Source: Candidatus Blautia excrementipullorum (GTDB taxonomy: Bacteria; Bacillota; Clostridia; Lachnospirales; Lachnospiraceae). Taken from it: a DNA stretch of 64,000 bases. Under the pieces are notes generated by a model. The model saw nothing but the letters and a program-made list of their open reading frames with translations, was not told where the DNA came from and did no database searches. Each line of letters starts with the position of its first letter. Within the stretch, counting starts at the first letter, position 1. The stretch lies in assembly GCA_019118645.1 (NCBI GenBank), contig DWYN01000149.1, positions 1,277 through 65,276 on the forward strand. Reading direction: 5' to 3'. Below are positions 60,046 to 64,000 of the stretch, in pieces. Position numbers and translations under genes: made by a program.

Positions 60046-61194
60046 ATGTCGTATATTACAGAGACCCTGTCCAACCTGATACATCAGACAGCATTTTTTA
60101 ATCTTACCTGGGGCAATTATCTGATGATCGCGGTGGCTTGTGTATTCTTATTCCTTGCAATTAAAAAGGGATTCGAGCCGCTTCTTCTGATTCCGATTGC
60201 CTTTGGCATGCTCCTGGTAAATATTTATCCGGATATTATGGCGGATCCGGCAGACACTTCAAACGGAGTCGGCGGACTTCTCCATTATTTCTATCTTCTT
60301 GACGAGTGGAGTATCCTTCCTTCTCTGATTTTCATGGGAGTGGGAGCTATGACGGATTTCGGTCCGCTGATTGCAAACCCCATGAGCTTTCTCATGGGAG
60401 CCGCTGCTCAGCTTGGCATTTACGTGGCATATTTCCTTGCGATTTTCCTGGGATTCAACGATAAAGCAGCAGCAGCGATCTCCATTATCGGAGGAGCCGA
60501 CGGACCGACTTCTATCTTCCTTGCAGGAAAACTTGGACAATCCGCACTCATGGGGCCCATTGCCGTGGCGGCATATTCCTATATGTCTTTGGTGCCGATT
60601 ATTCAGCCGCCTATCATGAAGCTCTGCACCACAGAAAAAGAGCGAAAAATTAAAATGGATCAGCTTCGTCCTGTAAGCAAGCTGGAAAAAATCCTGTTTC
60701 CGATCGTAATCACGATTGTTGTATGCCTGATTCTTCCTACAGTGGCTCCGCTGGTGGGAATGCTTATGCTGGGAAATCTCTTCCGCGAGTCCGGTGTGGT
60801 AAAACAGCTTACAGAGACAGCTTCCAATGCAATGATGTATATCGTTGTAATTCTGCTCGGTACCTCAGTGGGAGCGTCTACCAGTGCAGAAGCGTTTTTG
60901 AATCTTGATACTCTGAAAATTGTGTTCCTTGGTCTGGCTGCTTTTGCGTTCGGCACTTTCGGCGGCGTTATGCTGGGCAAACTGATGTGCAAGCTTTCCG
61001 GCGGCAAGATCAATCCTTTGATCGGTTCCGCAGGCGTATCTGCCGTACCGATGGCTGCCCGTGTATCTCAGAAAGTGGGAGCGGAAGCAGATCCTACCAA
61101 CTTCCTTCTGATGCATGCTATGGGACCAAACGTAGCAGGCGTTATCGGAACTGCCGTTGCGGCAGGTACGTTTATGGCAATATTCGGCGTCTGA
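60046..61194 (+). CDS. oadB: Na+-translocating decarboxylase beta subunit
   Basis: FEPLLLIPI, GVGAMTDF, IGGADGPT, AAYSYM, GVSAVPMAARV, MGPNVAG. Confidence 0.95.
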   Translation: MSYITETLSNLIHQTAFFNLTWGNYLMIAVACVFLFLAIKKGFEPLLLIPIAFGMLLVNIYPDIMADPADTSNGVGGLLHYFYLLDEWSILPSLIFMGVGAMTDFGPLIANPMSFLMGAAAQLGIYVAYFLAIFLGFNDKAAAAISIIGGADGPTSIFLAGKLGQSALMGPIAVAAYSYMSLVPIIQPPIMKLCTTEKERKIKMDQLRPVSKLEKILFPIVITIVVCLILPTVAPLVGMLMLGNLFRESGVVKQLTETASNAMMYIVVILLGTSVGASTSAEAFLNLDTLKIVFLGLAAFAFGTFGGVMLGKLMCKLSGGKINPLIGSAGVSAVPMAARVSQKVGAEADPTNFLLMHAMGPNVAGVIGTAVAAGTFMAIFGV

Positions 61195-61303
61195 TCTGAA
61201 GCATCTGGAATCAAAGTTATATAAACACTTAATGAGCACAGACAACAGACTCAATGCGAATTCAGTACAAGATTAGCTATAATGTAATATAAGGAGAAAG
61301 ACA

Positions 61304-62716
61304 ATGGCAGAATTAGAGAAAAAACCTGTAAAAATTGTGGAAACTGTTCTGCGTGACGCGCATCAGTCCCTGATCGCAACAAGACTCAGCACAGAGCAGA
61401 TGCTTCCAATCGTTGATAAAATGGACAAAGTCGGTTATCATGCAGTAGAATGCTGGGGCGGGGCTACCTTTGACGCTTCTCTTCGTTTCCTGAAGGAAGA
61501 TCCGTGGGAAAGACTTCGTAAATTCCGTGACGGCTTCAAAAACACAAAGCTTCAGATGCTGTTCCGCGGACAGAACATTCTGGGATACCGTCCTTATGCC
61601 GATGATGTAGTGGAATATTTTGTTCAGAAATCAGTGGCAAACGGAATTGACATCATTCGTATCTTCGACTGTCTGAATGATATGAGAAACCTGAAAACCG
61701 CAGTAAAGGCAGCCAATAAAGAAAAAGCACATGCGCAGGTGGCTCTTTCTTATACGCTTGGAGACGCCTACACTCTGGAATACTGGACCAACATTGCAAA
61801 AGAGATTGAAGAGATGGGCGCAGATTCCATCTGCATCAAGGATATGGCAGGACTTCTTCTTCCGTATCAGGCAACAGAGCTTGTAAGCGCTCTGAAAGAA
61901 GCAGTCAGCATTCCGATTGATCTTCATACGCATTATACTTCCGGTGTGGCTTCCATGACCTATCTGAAGGCTGTTGAGGCAGGAGTGGATATCATTGATA
62001 CTGCAATCTCACCTTTTGCTCTTGGAACCTCCCAGCCGGCAACCGAAGTTATGGTGGAAACCTTTAAGGGCACTCCTTATGACACAGGATTCGATCAGAA
62101 CCTTCTGGCTGAAATTGCAGATTACTTCCGCCCGATCCGTGACGAAGCTCTCGACAGCGGACTTCTGAATCCGAAGAACCTGGGCGTCAATATTAAGACG
62201 CTGCTGTATCAGGTACCCGGCGGAATGCTTTCCAATCTGACCTCTCAGTTAAAAGAGCAGCATGCGGAAGACAAATTCTATGAAGTGCTGGAAGAAGTGC
62301 CGAAAGTCCGCAAGGATCTCGGTGAGCCTCCTCTGGTTACTCCGTCTTCTCAGATTGTGGGAACTCAGGCTGTATTTAACGTTCTCATGGGCGAAAGATA
62401 CAAGATGGTTACGAAAGAGACAAAGGATATTCTCAGCGGCAAATACGGCGCTACCGTGAAGCCGTTTAATCCGGAAGTTCAGAAAAAATGCATCGGAGAT
62501 ACCGAACCGATTACCTGCCGCCCGGCGGATCTTCTGGACAATGAGCTTGATAAGCTTGAAAAAGAAGTGGCTCCTTATAAGGAGCAGGATGAGGACGTTC
62601 TTTCCTACGCGCTGTTCCCGCAGGTTGCCATGGACTTCTTTAAATATCGCCAGGCACAGCAGACAAAAGTGGATGAGACAGCGGCAGATACAAAGAACGG
62701 AGCTTATCCGGTATAA
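61304..62716 (+). CDS. oadA: Oxaloacetate decarboxylase alpha (5S-like) carboxyltransferase, no fused biotin domain
   Basis: RDAHQSL, GGATFD, IKDMAG, HTH, QVPGGM, LVTPSSQIVG. Confidence 0.93.
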   Translation: MAELEKKPVKIVETVLRDAHQSLIATRLSTEQMLPIVDKMDKVGYHAVECWGGATFDASLRFLKEDPWERLRKFRDGFKNTKLQMLFRGQNILGYRPYADDVVEYFVQKSVANGIDIIRIFDCLNDMRNLKTAVKAANKEKAHAQVALSYTLGDAYTLEYWTNIAKEIEEMGADSICIKDMAGLLLPYQATELVSALKEAVSIPIDLHTHYTSGVASMTYLKAVEAGVDIIDTAISPFALGTSQPATEVMVETFKGTPYDTGFDQNLLAEIADYFRPIRDEALDSGLLNPKNLGVNIKTLLYQVPGGMLSNLTSQLKEQHAEDKFYEVLEEVPKVRKDLGEPPLVTPSSQIVGTQAVFNVLMGERYKMVTKETKDILSGKYGATVKPFNPEVQKKCIGDTEPITCRPADLLDNELDKLEKEVAPYKEQDEDVLSYALFPQVAMDFFKYRQAQQTKVDETAADTKNGAYPV

Positions 62717-62818
62717 AATATTCCTTCTTGCGGATCCGCTGAGATTCGGGGAATCTATGAGCAAAATAACAGGCCCGTCAGAAAATTCTGGCGGGCTTGC
62801 TTTCCAGAAAGGATACAG

Positions 62819-64000
62819 ATGAACAGAGTTTTGATTGTAGGAGGCGGAGCTGCAGGAATGTTTGCCGCCGCAACGGCAGCCAGAAATGGCTGTGAAGTTT
62901 TTCTTTTTGAAAAAAATGAAAAGCTTGGAAAAAAACTGTATATAACCGGAAAAGGAAGATGTAATGTAACCAACAACTGCGGATCGGAGGAGCTTCTTGC
63001 CGGAGTTGTCCGCAATCCCAAATTCCTTTACAGCGCTTTTTATACTTTTGGAAGCAGTGAGATGATGGATTTTCTGGAAGAGGCAGGAGTTCCCCTTAAA
63101 ACGGAAAGAGGAAACCGTGTTTTTCCGGTTTCCGATCATTCATCAGACATCATCCGGGCTCTGGAACGTCAGATGAGAAAATACGGGGTACACATCCATC
63201 TTCACAGCAAAGTAAAAAATGTTTCAGCTGAGAACGGAAAAATTTCGGGAATATATCTTGAGGACGGGAGTTTTTATCCCGGCGATGCTGTTATTGTGGC
63301 CACAGGGGGACTTTCCTATCCTTCCACAGGGTCTACCGGGGACGGATATACCTTTGCGAAAGAAACCGGCCATAAAGTAACGGATCTGTTTCCCTCACTG
63401 GTACCTCTTCGCACTGAGGAAGAGTACATTCCCAGGTTAAAGGGACTCTCCCTCAGAAATGTCAGGCTGACCATTAAAAAAGATAGAAAAATTCTGTTTC
63501 AGGACTTTGGGGAAATGATGTTTACTCATTTCGGCGTGACCGGCCCATTGATTTTATCTGCCAGCGCCAGCATCGGCCAGACGCTTCAGAAAGAGGGGCA
63601 TTTGGCCGCATATCTGGATCTGAAGCCCGCGCTGACGGAAGAGCAGCTGGATGCCCGTATTCTGCGGGAATTTCAGGATGGAAAGAACAAGCAGTTTAAA
63701 AATGTCATCGGCGTATTATTTCCCGCCTCTCTTACTCCTGTTATAATCGATCTTGGAGGAATTCCGGCGGATAAAATCATCCATGAAATATCCAGAGAAG
63801 AGAGAATCCGCTTCGGTTCTCTGGTGAAAGCTTTTCCATTTACTTTAACAGGACTTGGTGAATTTAAAGAAGCCGTCATCACACGGGGCGGAGTTTCCGT
63901 AAAAGAAATCAATCCCGCGACTATGGAGTCCAAAAAGGTGCAGGGACTGTATTTTATCGGCGAAGTGCTGGATCTTGACGCTGTAACCGGCGGTTATAAT
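62819..64000 (+). CDS. HI0933/BaiN-like NAD(P)/FAD oxidoreductase (3'-truncated)
   Basis: MNRVLIVGGGAAG, GKGRCNVTN, ATGGLSYP.TGSTGDG, FTHFGVTGP, T.GGV; runs off the window so is absent from the ORF track. Confidence 0.92.
   Translation, partial: MNRVLIVGGGAAGMFAAATAARNGCEVFLFEKNEKLGKKLYITGKGRCNVTNNCGSEELLAGVVRNPKFLYSAFYTFGSSEMMDFLEEAGVPLKTERGNRVFPVSDHSSDIIRALERQMRKYGVHIHLHSKVKNVSAENGKISGIYLEDGSFYPGDAVIVATGGLSYPSTGSTGDGYTFAKETGHKVTDLFPSLVPLRTEEEYIPRLKGLSLRNVRLTIKKDRKILFQDFGEMMFTHFGVTGPLILSASASIGQTLQKEGHLAAYLDLKPALTEEQLDARILREFQDGKNKQFKNVIGVLFPASLTPVIIDLGGIPADKIIHEISREERIRFGSLVKAFPFTLTGLGEFKEAVITRGGVSVKEINPATMESKKVQGLYFIGEVLDLDAVTGGYN

Overview
Core-genome-like window from a spore-forming anaerobic Firmicute; gene content and order suggest Lachnospiraceae (inference). 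It holds about 60 CDS: housekeeping genes (folC, nfo, aroA, tyrA, leuS, tyrS with a Tyr T-box, alaS, rpsU, yicC-remA-gmk-rpoZ-rimO-pgsA-cinA, cls, scpAB, two D,D-carboxypeptidases, rqcH), fermentation genes (Fe-ADH/ALDH, D-LDH, PFL, a Na+-pumping decarboxylase operon) and two decayed flavodoxin-like genes. No CRISPR array, IS, integrase, prophage, rRNA or tRNA was seen. The most notable structure is a naturally split pyruvate formate-lyase. The 699-aa catalytic subunit lacks the glycyl-radical domain and ends in an extra acidic CACC tail. The missing domain is a separate 80-aa gene with its own RBS, followed by pflA. The promoter is overlapped by two NrdR-box-like sites 32 bp apart. Other points: a cluster of small genes with three sigma-K-like promoters (one 53-aa ORF is absent from the ORF track), a hybrid MmdA/OadA decarboxylase operon with a Rex-like box, and an EF-G paralog with degenerate GTPase motifs. 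Family calls rest on motif recognition by eye; no database search was run.
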